In this document: positions 38,200-49,149 of the stretch, one piece after another
Layout: each line of letters starts with the position of its first letter
How positions within the stretch are numbered: the stretch's first letter is position 1
Source of the DNA: Eledone cirrhosa
Taxonomy: Eukaryota
Direction of reading: 5' to 3'
Assembly: GCA_964016885.1 (NCBI GenBank)
Contig: OZ024741.1
Location: 10,478,001-10,542,000, forward strand
DNA length: 64,000 nucleotides
The notes under the pieces: generated by a model
Told to the model about the DNA's origin: nothing
Databases searched by the model: none
The model's input: the letters and a program-made list of their open reading frames with translations, nothing else
Made by a program: the position numbers and the translations under genes

Positions 38200-39000
38200 G
38201 TGGTGGAGGTGGTGGTGTTGGTGTTGTTGGTGGTGGAGGTGATAGTGGTGGAGGTGGTGGTGTTGGTGTCGTTGGTGGTGGTGGTGGTGATAGTGGAGGT
38301 GGTGGTGTTGGTGTCGTTGGCGGTGGTGGTGATAGTGTTGGAGGGGGTAGTGTTGGTGTTGTTGGTGGTGGTGGTGATAGTGGTGGAGTTGGTGGTGTTG
38401 GTGTTGTTGGTGGTGGTGGTGATAGTGATGGAGGTGGTAGTGTTGGTGTCGTTGGTGGTGGTGGTGATAGTGGTGGAGGTGGTGGTGTTGGTGTTGTTGG
38501 TGGTGGAGGTGATAGTGGTGGAGGTGGTGGTGTTGGTGTCGTTGGTGGTGGTGGTGATAGTGGAGTTGGTGGTGTTGATGTTGTTGGTGGTGGTGGTGAT
38601 AGTGTTGGAGGGGGTAGTGTTGGTGTTGTTGGTGGTGGTGGTGATAGTGGTGGAGTCGGTGGTGTTGGTGTTGTTGGTGGTGGTGGTGATAGTGGTGGAG
38701 GTGGTAGTGTTGGTGTCGTTGGTGGTGGTGGTGATAGTGGTGGAGGTGGTGGTGTTGGTGTTGTTGGTGGTGGAGGTGATAGTGGTGGAGGTGGTGGTGT
38801 TGGTGTCGTTGGTGGTGGTGGTGATAGTGGAGTTGGTGGTGTTGATGTTGTTGGTGGTGGTGGTGATAGTGTTGGAGGGGGTAGTGTTGGTGTTGTTGGT
38901 GGTGGTGGTGATAGTGGTGGAGTTGGTGGTGTTGGTGTTGTTGGTGGTGGTGGTGATAGTGGTGGAGGTGGTAGTGTTGGTGTCGTTGGTGGTGGTGGTG
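38200..39000 (+). repeat. Higher-order repeat, 267-bp unit (5x45+42) x3
   Basis: GATAGTGTTGGAGGG at 38331, 38598 and 38865. Confidence 0.85.
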
Positions 39001-42000
39001 ATAGTGGTGGAGGTGGTGGTGTTGGTGTTGTTGGTGGTGGAGGTGATAGTGGTGGAGGTGGTGGTGTTGGTGTTGTTGGTGGTGGAGGTGATAGTGGTGG
39101 AGGTGGTGGTGTTGGTGTCGTTGGTGGTGGTGGTGATAGTGGTGGAGGTGGTGGTGTTGGTGTTGTTGGTGGTGGAGGTGATAGTGGTGGAGGTGGTGGT
39201 GTTGGTGTTGTTAGTGGTGATAGTGGTGGAGGTGGTAGTGTTGGTGTCGTTGGTGGTGGTGGTGATAGTGGTGGCGGTGGTGGTGTTGGTGTTGTTGGTG
39301 GTGATAGTGGTGGAGGTGGTAGTGTTGGTGTCGTTGGTGGTGGTGGTGATAGTGGTGGAGGTGGTGGTGTTGGTGTCGTTGGTGGTGGTGGTGATAGTGG
39401 TGGAGGTGGTGGTGTTGGTGTTGTTGGTGGTGGAGGTGATAGTGGTGGAGGTGGTGGTGTTGGTGTTGTTGGTGGTGGAGGTGATATTGGTGGAGGTGGT
39501 GGTGTTGGTGTCGTTGCTGTTGGTGGTGATACTGGTGGAGGTGGTGGTGTTAGTGTTGTTGGTGGTGGTGGTGATAGTGGTGGAGGTTGTGGTGTTGGTG
39601 TCGTTGGTGGTGGTGGTGATTGTGGTGGAGGTGGTGGTGTTGGTGTTGTTGGTGGTGGAGGTGATAGTGGTGGAGGTGGTGGTGTTGGTGTTGTTGGTGG
39701 TGGTGGTGATAGTGCTGGAGGGGGTAGTGTTGGTGTCGTTGGTGTCGGTGGTGATACTGGTGGAGGTGGTGGTGTTGGTGTTGTTGGTGGTGGTGGTGAT
39801 AGGGGTGGAGGTGGTGGTGTTGGTGTCGTTGGTGGTGGTGGTGATAGTGGTGGAGGTGGTGGTGTTGGTGTTGTTGTTGGTGGTGGTGATAGTGGTGGAG
39901 GGGGTAGTGTTGGTGTTGTTGGTGGTGGTGGTGATAGTGGTGGAGGGGGTAGTGTTGGTGTCGTTGGTGGTGGTGGTGATAATAGTGAAGGTGGTGGTGT
40001 TGGTGTTGTTGGTGGTGGTGGTGATAGTGCTGGAGGTGGTGGTGTTGGTGTTGTTGGTGGTGGTGGTGATAGTGGTGGAGGTGGTGGTGTTGGTGTGGTT
40101 GGTGGTGGTGCTGATAGTGGTGGTGGTGGTGGTGGTGTTGGTGTCGTTGGTGGTGGTGGTGATAGTGGTGGAGGTGGTGGTGTTGGTGTTGTTGGTGGTG
40201 GTGCTGATAGTGGTGGTGGTGGTGGTGTTGGTGTCGTTGGTGGTGGGGTGATAGTGGTGGAGGTGGTGGTGTTGGTGTTGTTGGTGGAGGTGGAGGTGTT
40301 GGTGTTATTGGTGGTGGTGGTGATAGTGGTGGAGGTGGTGGTGTTGGTGTTGTTGGTGGTGGTGGTGATAGTGGTGGAGGTGGTGGTGTTGGTGTTGTTG
40401 GTTGTGGTGGTGATAGTGGTGGAGGTGGAGGGGGTAGTGTTGGTGTTGTTGGTGGTGGTGGTGATAGTGGTGGAGGTGGTGGTTTAGGTGTTGTTGGTGG
40501 TGGAGGTGATAGTGGTGGAGGTGGTGGTGTTGGTGTTGTTGGTGGTGGTGGTGATAGTGGTGAAGGTGGTGGTGTTGGTGTTGTTGGTGGTGGTGGTGAT
40601 AGTGGTGGAGGTGGTGGTGTTGATGTTGTTGGAGGTGGTGGTGATAGTGGTGGAGGGGGTAGTGTTGGTGTTGTTGGTGGTGGTGGTGATAGTGGTGAAG
40701 GTGGTGGTGTTGGTGTCGTTGGTGGTGTTGGTGATAGTGGTGGAGGTGGTGGTGTTGGTATTGTTGGTGGTGGAGGTGATAGTGGTGGAGGTGGAGGTGT
40801 TGGTGTTGTTGGTGGTGGTGGTGATAGTGGTGGAGTTGGTGTTGTTGGTGGTGGTGGTGATAGTGGTGGAGGTGGTGGAGTTGGTGTCGTTGGTGGTGGT
40901 GGTGATAGTGGTGGAGGTGGTGGTGTTGGTGTCGTTGCTGGTGGTGGTGATAGTGGTGGAGGGGGTAGTGTTGGTGTCGTTGCTGGTGGTGGTGATAGTG
41001 GTGGAGGGGGTAGTGTTGGTGTCGTTGGTGGTGGTGGTGATAGTGGTGGAGGTGGTGGTGTTGGTGTCGTTGGTGGTGGTGGTGATAGTGGTGGAGGGGG
41101 TAGTGTTGGTATTGTTGGTGGTGGCGGTGATAGTGGTGGAGGTGGTGGTGTTGGTGTTGTTGGTGGTGGTGGTGATAGTGGTGGAGGTGGTGGTGTTGTT
41201 GTCGTTGGTGGTGGTGGTGATAGTGGTGGAGGGGGTAGTGTTGGTATTGTTGGTGGTGGCGGTGATAGTGGTGGAGGTGGTGGTGTTGGTGTTGTTGGTG
41301 GTGGTGGTGATAGTGGTGGAGGTGGTGATGTTGGTGTTGTTGGTGGTGGTGGTGGTGGTGTTGGTGTCGTTGGTTGTGATAGTGGTGGAGGTGGTGGTGT
41401 TGGTGTTGTTGGTGGTGGAGGTGATAGTGGTGGAGGTGGTGGTGTTGGTGTTGTTGGTGGTGGTGGTGATAGTGGAGTTGGTGGTGTTGGTGTTGTTGGT
41501 GGTGGTGGTGATAGTGTTGGAGGGGGTAGTGTTGGTGTTGTTGGTGGTGGTGGTGATAGTGGTGGAGTTGGTGGTGTTGGTGTTGTTGGTGGTGGACGTG
41601 ATAGTGGTGGAGGTGGTGGTGTTGGTGTTGTTGGTGGTGGTGGTGATAGTGGTGGTGGTGGTGGTGTTGGTGTCGTTGGTGGTGGTGGTGATAGTGGTGG
41701 TGGTGGTGGTGTTGGTGTCGTTGGTGGTGGTGGTGATAGTGGTGGTGGTGGTGGTGTTGGTGTCGTTGGTGGCGGTGGTGATAGTGGTGGAGGTGGTGGT
41801 GTTGCTGTTGTTGGTGGTGGTGGTGATAGTGGTGGTGGTGGTGGTGGTGTTGGTGTTGTTGGTGGTGGTGGTGATAGGGGTGGAGGTGGTGGTGTTGGTG
41901 TTGTTGGTGGTGGCGGTGATAGTGGTGGTGGTGTTGATGTCGTTGGTGGTGGTGGTGATAGTGGTGGAGGTGGTGGTGTTGGTGTTGTTGGTGGTGGTGG

Positions 42001-45000
42001 TGATAGTGGTGGTGGTGGTGGTGTTGGTGTTGTTGTTGGTGGTGGTGGTGTTGGTGTCGTTGGTGGTGGTGGTGTTGATAGTGGTGGAGGTGGTGGCGTT
42101 GGTGTCGTTGGTGGTGGTGGTGATAGTGGTGGCGGTGGTGGTGTTGGTGTCGTTGGTGGCGGTGGTGATAGTGGTGGAGAGGGTAGTGTTGGTGTTGTTG
42201 GTGGTGGAGGTGATAGTGGTGGAGGTGGTGGCGTTTGTGTCGTTGGTGGTGATAGTGGTAGAGGTGGTGGTGTTGGTGTTGTTGGTGGTGGTGATAGTGG
42301 TGGAGTTGGTGGTGTTGGTGTTGGTGGTGGTGGTGATAGTGGTGGAGGTGGAGGTGTTGGTGTTGTTGGTGGTGGTGGTGATAGTGGTGGAGGTGGTGGT
42401 GTTGGTGTCGTTGGTTGTGATAGTGGTGGAGGTGGTGGTGTTGGTATTGTTGGTGGTGGTGGTGATAATGGTGGAGGTGGTGGTGGTGGTGTTGTTGGTG
42501 GCGGTGGTGATAGTGGTGGAGATGGTGGTGTTGGTGTTGTTGGTGGTGGTGGTGATAGTGGTGGAGGTGGTGGTGTTGGTGTCGTTGGTTGTGATAGTGG
42601 TGGAGGTGGTGGTGTAGGTATTGTTGGTGGTGGTGGTGATAGTGGTGGAGGTGGTGGTGGTGGTGTTGTTGGTGGCGGTGGTGATAGTGGTGGAGGTGGT
42701 GGTGTTGGTATTGTTGGTGGTGGTGGTGATAGTGGTGGAGGTGGTGGTGTTGGTATTGTTGGTGGTGGTGGTGATAGTGGTGGAGGTGGTGGTGGTGGTG
42801 TTGTTGGTGGCGGTGGTGATAGTGGTGGAGGTGGTGGTGTTGTTGTTGTTGGTGGTGGTGGTGATAGTGGTGGAGGTGGTGATGTTGGTGTTGTTGTTGG
42901 TGGTGGTGGTGGTGTTGGTGTCGTTGGTTGTGATAGTGGTGGAGGTGGTGGTGTTGGTGTTGTTGGTGGTGGAGGTGATAGTGGTGGAGGTGGTGGTGTT
43001 GGTGTTGTTGGTGGTGGTGGTGATAGTGGAGTTGGTGGTGTTGGTGTTGTTGGTGGTGGCGGTGTTTGTGGTGGAGGTGGTGGTGTTGGTGTTGTTGGTG
43101 GTGGTGGTGATAGTGGTGGAGTTGGTGGTGTAGGTGTTGTTGGTGGTGATAGTGGTGGAGGTGGTGGTGTTGGTGTTGTTGGTGGTGGTGGTGATAGTGG
43201 TGGAGGTGGTGGTGTTGGTGTCGTTGGTGGTGGTGGTGATAGTGGTGGAGGTGGTAGTGTTGGTGTCGTTGGTGGTGGTGGTGATAGTGGTGGAGGTGGT
43301 GGTGTTGGTGTTGTTGGTGGTGATAGTGGTGGAGGTGGTAGTGTTGGTGTCGTTGGTGGTGGTGGTGATAGTGGTGGAGGTGGTGGTGTTGGTGTCGTTG
43401 GTGGTGGTGGTGATAGTGGTAGAGGTGGTGGTGTTGGTGTTGTTTGTGGTGGAGGTGATAGTGGTGGAGGTGGTGGTGTTGGTGTTGTTGGTGGTGGAGG
43501 TGATAGTGGTGGAGGTGGTGGTGTTGGTGTCGTTGGTGTTGGTGGTCATACTGGTGGAGGTGGTGGTGTTGGTGTTGTTGGTGGTGGTGGTGATAGTGGT
43601 GGAGGTGGTGGTGTTGGTGTCGTTGGTGGTGGTGGTGATAGTGGTGGAGGTGGTGGTGTTGGTGTTGTTGGTGGTGGAGGTGATAGAGGTGGAGGTGGTG
43701 GTGTTGGTGTTGTTGGTGGTGGTGGTGATAAGGGTGGAGGTGGTGGTGTTGGTGTCGTTGGTGGTGGTGGTGATAGTGGTGGAGGTGGTGGTGTTGGTGT
43801 TGTTGGTGGTGGTGGTGATAGTGGTGGAGGGGGTAGTGTTGGTGTTGTTGGTGGTGGTGGTGATAGTGGTGGAGGGGGTAGTGTTGGTGTTGTTGGTTGT
43901 GGTGGTGATAGTGGTGATGGTGGTGGTGTTGGTGTTGTTGGTGGTGGTGGTGATAGTGCTGGAGGTGGTGGTGTTGGTGTTGTTGGTGGTGGAGGTGATA
44001 GTGGTGGAGGTGGTGGTGTTGGTGTTGTTGGTGGTGGTGGTGATAGTGGTGGTGGTGGTGGTGTTGGTGTCGTTGGTGGTGGTGGTGGTGTTGGTGTCGT
44101 TGGTGGTGGTGGTGATAGTGGTGGAGGTTGTGGTGTTGGTGTCGTTGGTGGTGGTGGTGATAGTGGTGGTGGTGGTGGTGTTGGTGTCGTTGGTGGTGGT
44201 GGTGATAGTGGTGGAGAGGGTAGTGTTGGTGTTGTTGGTGGTGGAGGTGATAGTGGTGGAGGTGGTGGTGTTTGTGTCGTTGGTGGTGATAGTGGTGGAG
44301 GTGGTGGTGTTGGTGTTGTTGGTGGTGGTGGTGATAGTGGTGGAGGTGGTGGTGTTGGTGTTGTTGGTTGTGGTGGTGATAGTGGTGGAGGTGGAGGTGT
44401 TGGTGTTGTTGGTGGTGGTGGTGATAGTGGTGGAGGTGGTGGTTTTGGTGTTGTTGGTGGTGGGGGTGATAGTGGTGGAGGTGGTGGTGTTGGTGTTGTT
44501 GGTGGTGGTGGTTATAGTGGTGGAGGTCGTTGTGTTGGTGTTGTTGGTGGTGGTGGTGATAGTGGTGGAGATGATGGTGTTGGTGTTGTTGGTGGTGGTG
44601 GTGATAGTGGTGGAGGGGGTAGTGTTGGTGTTGTTGTTGGTGGTGGTGATAGTGGTGGAGGTGGTGGTGTTGGTGTTGTTGGTGGTGATAGTGGTGGAGG
44701 TGGGATTGTTGGTGTCGTTGGTGGTGGTGGTGGTGGTGGTGATAGTGGTGGAGGTGGTGGTGTTGGGGTTGTTGTTGGTGGTGGTGGTGGTGGTGTTGGT
44801 GTTGTTGGTGGTGGTGTTGATAGTGGTAGAGGTGGTGGTGTTGGTGTTGTTGGTGGTGGTGGTGATAGTGGTGGAGGTCGTTGTGTTGGTGTTGTTGGTG
44901 GTGGTGGTGATAGTGGTGGAGTTGATGTTGTTGGTGTTGTTGGTGGTGGTGGTGATAGTGGTGGAGGAGGTAGTGTTGGTGTTGGTGGTGGTGGTGATAG

Positions 45001-45839
45001 TGGAGGAGGTGGAGGTGTTGGTGTTGTTGGTGGTGATAGTGGTGGAGGTGGATTGTGTTGGTGTCGTTGGTGGTGGTGGTGATGGTGGTGATAGTGGTGG
45101 AGGTGGTGGTGTTGGTGTTGTTGGTGGTGGTGGTGATAGTGGTGGAGGTGGTGGTGTTGGTGTTGATCATGGTGGTGGTGGTGATAGTGGTGGAGGTGGT
45201 GGTGTTGGTGTTGTTGGTGGTGATAGTGGTGGTGGTGGATTGTGTTGGTGTCATTGGTGGTGGTGGTGGTGGTGGTGATAGTGGTGGAGGTGGTGGTGTT
45301 GGTGTTGTTGGTGGTGGTGGTGATAGTGGTGGAGGTGGTGGTGTTGGTGTTGTTGGTGGTGGTGGTGATAGTGGTTGAGGGGGTAGTGTTGGTGTTGTTG
45401 GTGGTGGTGGTGATAGTGGTGGAGGTGGTGGTGTTGGTGTTGATGGTGGTGGTGGTGGTGATAGTGGTGGAGGTGGTGGTGTTGGTGTTGTTGGTGGTGA
45501 TAGTGGTGGTGGTGGATTGTGTTGGTGTCATTGGTGGTGGTGGTGGTGGTGGTGATAGTGGTGGAGGTGGTGGTGTTGGTGTTGTTGGTGGTGGTGGTGT
45601 TGGTGTTGTTGGTGGTGGTGGTGGTGATTGTAGTGGAGCGGGTAGTGTTGGTGTTGTTGGTGGTGGTGGTGATAGTGGTGGAGGTGGTGGTGTTGGTGTC
45701 GTTGGTGGTGGTGGTGATAGTGGTGGAGGTGGTGGTGTTGGTGTTGGTGGTGGTGGTGATAGTGGTGGAGGTGGTGGTGTTGGTGTTGTTGGTGGTGGTG
45801 GTGATAGTGGTGGAGGCGGTGGTGTTGGTGTTGTTGTTG

Positions 45840-46520
45840 GTGGAGGTGATTGTTGTGGAGAGGGTAGTGTTGGTGTTGTTGGTGGTGGAGGTGATAGTGT
45901 TGGAGGTGGTGGTGTTGGTGTTGTTGGTGGTGGTGGTGATAGTGGTGGAGGTGGTGATAGTGGTGGAGGTGGTGGTGTTGGTGTTGTTGGTGGTGGTGGT
46001 GATAGTGGTGGTGGTGGTGGTGTTGGTGTCGTTGGTGGTGGTGGTGATAGTGGTGGAGGTGGTGGTGTTGGTGTTGTTGGTGGTGGTGGTGATAGTGGTG
46101 GAGAGGGTAGTGTTGGTGTTGTTGGTGGCGGAGGTGATAGTGGTGGAGGTGGTGGTGTTGGTGTTGTTGGTGGTGGTGGTGATAGTGGTGGAGGTGGTGA
46201 TAGTGGTGGAGGTGGTGGTGTTGGTGTTGTTGGTGGTGGTGGTGATAGTGGTGGTGGTGGTGGTGTTGGTGTCGTTGGTGGTGGTGGTGATAGTGGTGGA
46301 GGTGGTGGTGTTGGTGTTGTTGGTGGTGGTGGTGATAGTGGTGGAGAGGGTAGTGTTGGTGTTGTTGGTGGTGGAGGTGATAGTGGTGGAGGTGGTGGTG
46401 TTGGTGTTGTTGGTGGTGGTGGTGATAGTGGTGGAGGTGGTGATAGTGGAGGAGGTGGTGGTGTTGGTGTCGTTGGTGGTGGTGGTGATAGTGGTGGTGG
46501 TGGTGGTGTTGGTGTCGTTG
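45840..46520 (+). repeat. Higher-order repeat, 243-bp unit (5x45+18) x~3
   Basis: GAGAGGGTAG at 45858, 46101 and 46344. Each unit contains an 18-bp truncated monomer. Confidence 0.85.
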
Positions 46521-49149
46521 GTGGTGGTGGTGATAGTGTTGGAGGTGGTGGTGTTGGTGTTGTTGGTGGTGATAGTGGTGGAGGTGGTGGTGTTGGTGTT
46601 GTTGGTGGTGGTGGTGATAGTGGTGGAGGTGGTGGTGTTGGTGTCGTTGGTGTTGGTGGTGATACTGGTGGAGGTGGTGGTGTTGGTGTTGTTGGTGGTG
46701 GTGGTGATAGTGGTGGAGGTGGTGGTGTTGGTGTCGTTGGTGGTGGTGGTGATAGTGGTGGAGGTGGTGGTGTTGGTGTTGTTGGTGGTGGAGGTGATAG
46801 AGGTGGAGGTGGTGGTGTTGGTGTTGTTGGTGGTGGTGGTGATAGTGGTGGAGGGGGTAGTGTTGGTGTCGTTGGTGTTGGTGGTGATACTGGTGGAGGT
46901 GGTGGTGTTGGTGTTGTTGGTGGTGGTAGTGATAGGGGTGGAGGTGGTGTTGTTGGTGTCGTTGGTGGTGGTGGTGATAGTGGTGGAGGTGGTGGTGTTG
47001 GTGTTGTTGGTGGTGGTGGTGATAGTGGTGGAGGGGGTAGTGTTGGTGTTGTTGGTGGTGGTGGTGATAGTGGTGGAGGTGGTGGTGTTGGTGTTGTTGG
47101 TGGTGATAGTGGTGGAGGTGGGAGTGTTGGTGTCGTTGGTGGTGGTGGTGGTGGTGGTGATAGTGGTGGAGGTGGTGGTGTTGGTGTTGTTGTTGGTGGT
47201 GGTGGTGGTGGTGTTGGTGTTGTTGGTGGTGGTGTTGATAGTGGTAGAGGTGGTGGTGTTGGTGTTGTTGGTGGTGGTGGTGATAGTGGTGGTGGTGGTG
47301 GTGTTGGTGTCGTTGGTGGTGGTGGTGATAGTGGTGGTGGTGGTGGTGGTGGTGTCGTTGGTGGTGGTGGTGATAGTGGTGGAGGTGGTGGTGTTGGTGT
47401 TGTTGGTGGTGGTGGTGGAAGTGGTGGAGGTGGTGGTGTTGGTGTTGATGGTGGTGGTGGTGGTGATAGAGGTGGAGGTGGTGGTGTTGGTGTTGTTGGT
47501 GGTGATAGTGGTGGTGGTGGATTGTGTTGGTGTCATTGGTGGTGGTGGTGGTGGTGGTGGTGGTGATAGTGATGGAGGTGGTGGTGATGGTGTTGTTGGT
47601 GGTGGTGGTGATAGTGGTGGAGGTGGTGGTGTTGGTGTTGTTGGTGGTGGTGGTGATAGTGGTGGAGGGGGTAGTGTTGGTGTTGTTGGTGGTGGTGGTG
47701 ATAGTGGTGGAGGTGGTGGTGTTGGTGTTGTTGGTGGTGATAGTGGTGGAGGTGGGAGTGTTGGTGTCGTTGGTGGTGGTGGTGGTGGTGGTGATAGTGG
47801 TGGAGGTGGTGGTGTTGGTGTTGTTGGTGGTGGTGGTGGTGGTGGTGGTGTTGGTGTTGTTGGTGGTGGTGTTGATAGTGGTAGAGGTGGTGGTGTTGGT
47901 GTTGTTGGTGGTGGAGGTGATAGTGGTGGAGGTCGTTGTGTTGGTGTTGTTGGTGGTGGTGGTGATAGTGGTGGAGGAGGTAGTGTTGGTGTTGGTGGTG
48001 GTGGTGATAGTGGTGGAGGTGGAGGTGTTGGTGTTGGTGTTGTTGGTGGTGATAGTGGTGGAGGTGGATTGTGTTGGTGTCGTTGGTGGTGGTGGTGATA
48101 GTGGTGGAGGTGGTGGTGTTGGTGTTGTTGGTGGTGGTGGTGATAGTGGTGGAGGTGGTGGTGTTGGTGTTGATGGTGGTGGTGGTGGTGATAGTGGTGG
48201 AGGTGGTGGTGTTGGTGTTGTTGGTGGTGGTGGTGATAGTGGTGGTGGTGGTGGTGTTGGTGTCGTTGGTGGTGGTGGTGATAGTGGTGGAGGTGGTGGT
48301 GTTGGTGTTGTTGGTGGTGATAGTGGTGGAGGGGGTGGTGTTGGTGTTGTTGGTGGTGGTGGTGATAGTGGTGGTGGTGGTGATAGTGGAGGAGGTGGTG
48401 GTGTCAGTGTCGTTGGTGGTGGTGGTGATAGTGGTGGTGGTGGTGGTGTTGGTGTCGTTGGTGGTGGTGGTGATAGTGGTGGAGGTGGTGGTGTTGGTGT
48501 TGTTGGTGGTGATAGTGGTGGAGGGGGTGGTGTTGGTGTTGTTGGTGGTGGTGGTGATAGTGGTGGAGGTGGTGGTGTTGGTGTCGTTGGTGGTGATAGT
48601 GGTGGAGGTGGTGGTGTTGGTGTCATTGGTGGTGGTGGTAATAGTGGTGGAGGTGGTGGTTTTGGTGTCGTTGTTGGTGGTGGTGATAGTGGTGGAGGTG
48701 GTTGTGTTGGTGTTGTTGGTGGTGTTGGTGGTGATAGTGGTGGAGGTGGTGGTGATGGTGCTGTTGGTGGTGGTGATGATAGTGGTGGAGGTGGTGGTGT
48801 TGGTGGTAGTGGTGGAGGTGGTGATAGTGGTGGAGGTGGTGGTGATAGTGGTGGAGGTGGTGGTGTTGGTGTTGTTGGTGGTGATAGTGGTGGAGGTGGT
48901 GGTGTTGGTGTCGTTGGTGGTGGTGGTGATAGTGGTGGAGGTGGTGGTGTTGGTGTTGTTGGTGGCGGTGGTGATAGTGGTGGAGGTGGTGGTGTAGGTG
49001 TCGTTGGTGGTGGTGGAGATAGTGGTGGAGGTGGTGGTGTTGGTGTTGTTGGTGGTGGTAGTGATAGTGGTGGAGTTGGTGTTGTTGGTGGTGGTGGTGG
49101 TGTTGGTGTTGTTGGTGGTGGTGGTGATAGTGGTGGTGGTGTTGGTGTT

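Noticed and set aside
40305-48626. Minus-strand His/Gln-rich, Thr-rich and Pro-rich ORFs (1649, 1021, 761, 1032 and 339 aa) as histidine-rich protein, mucin or extensin genes
   Set aside because: They overlap one another in different frames and start at chance ATGs created by rare CAT variants. They change frame character mid-ORF and lack signal peptides or unique domains. They are kept only as a hypothesis in the findings.
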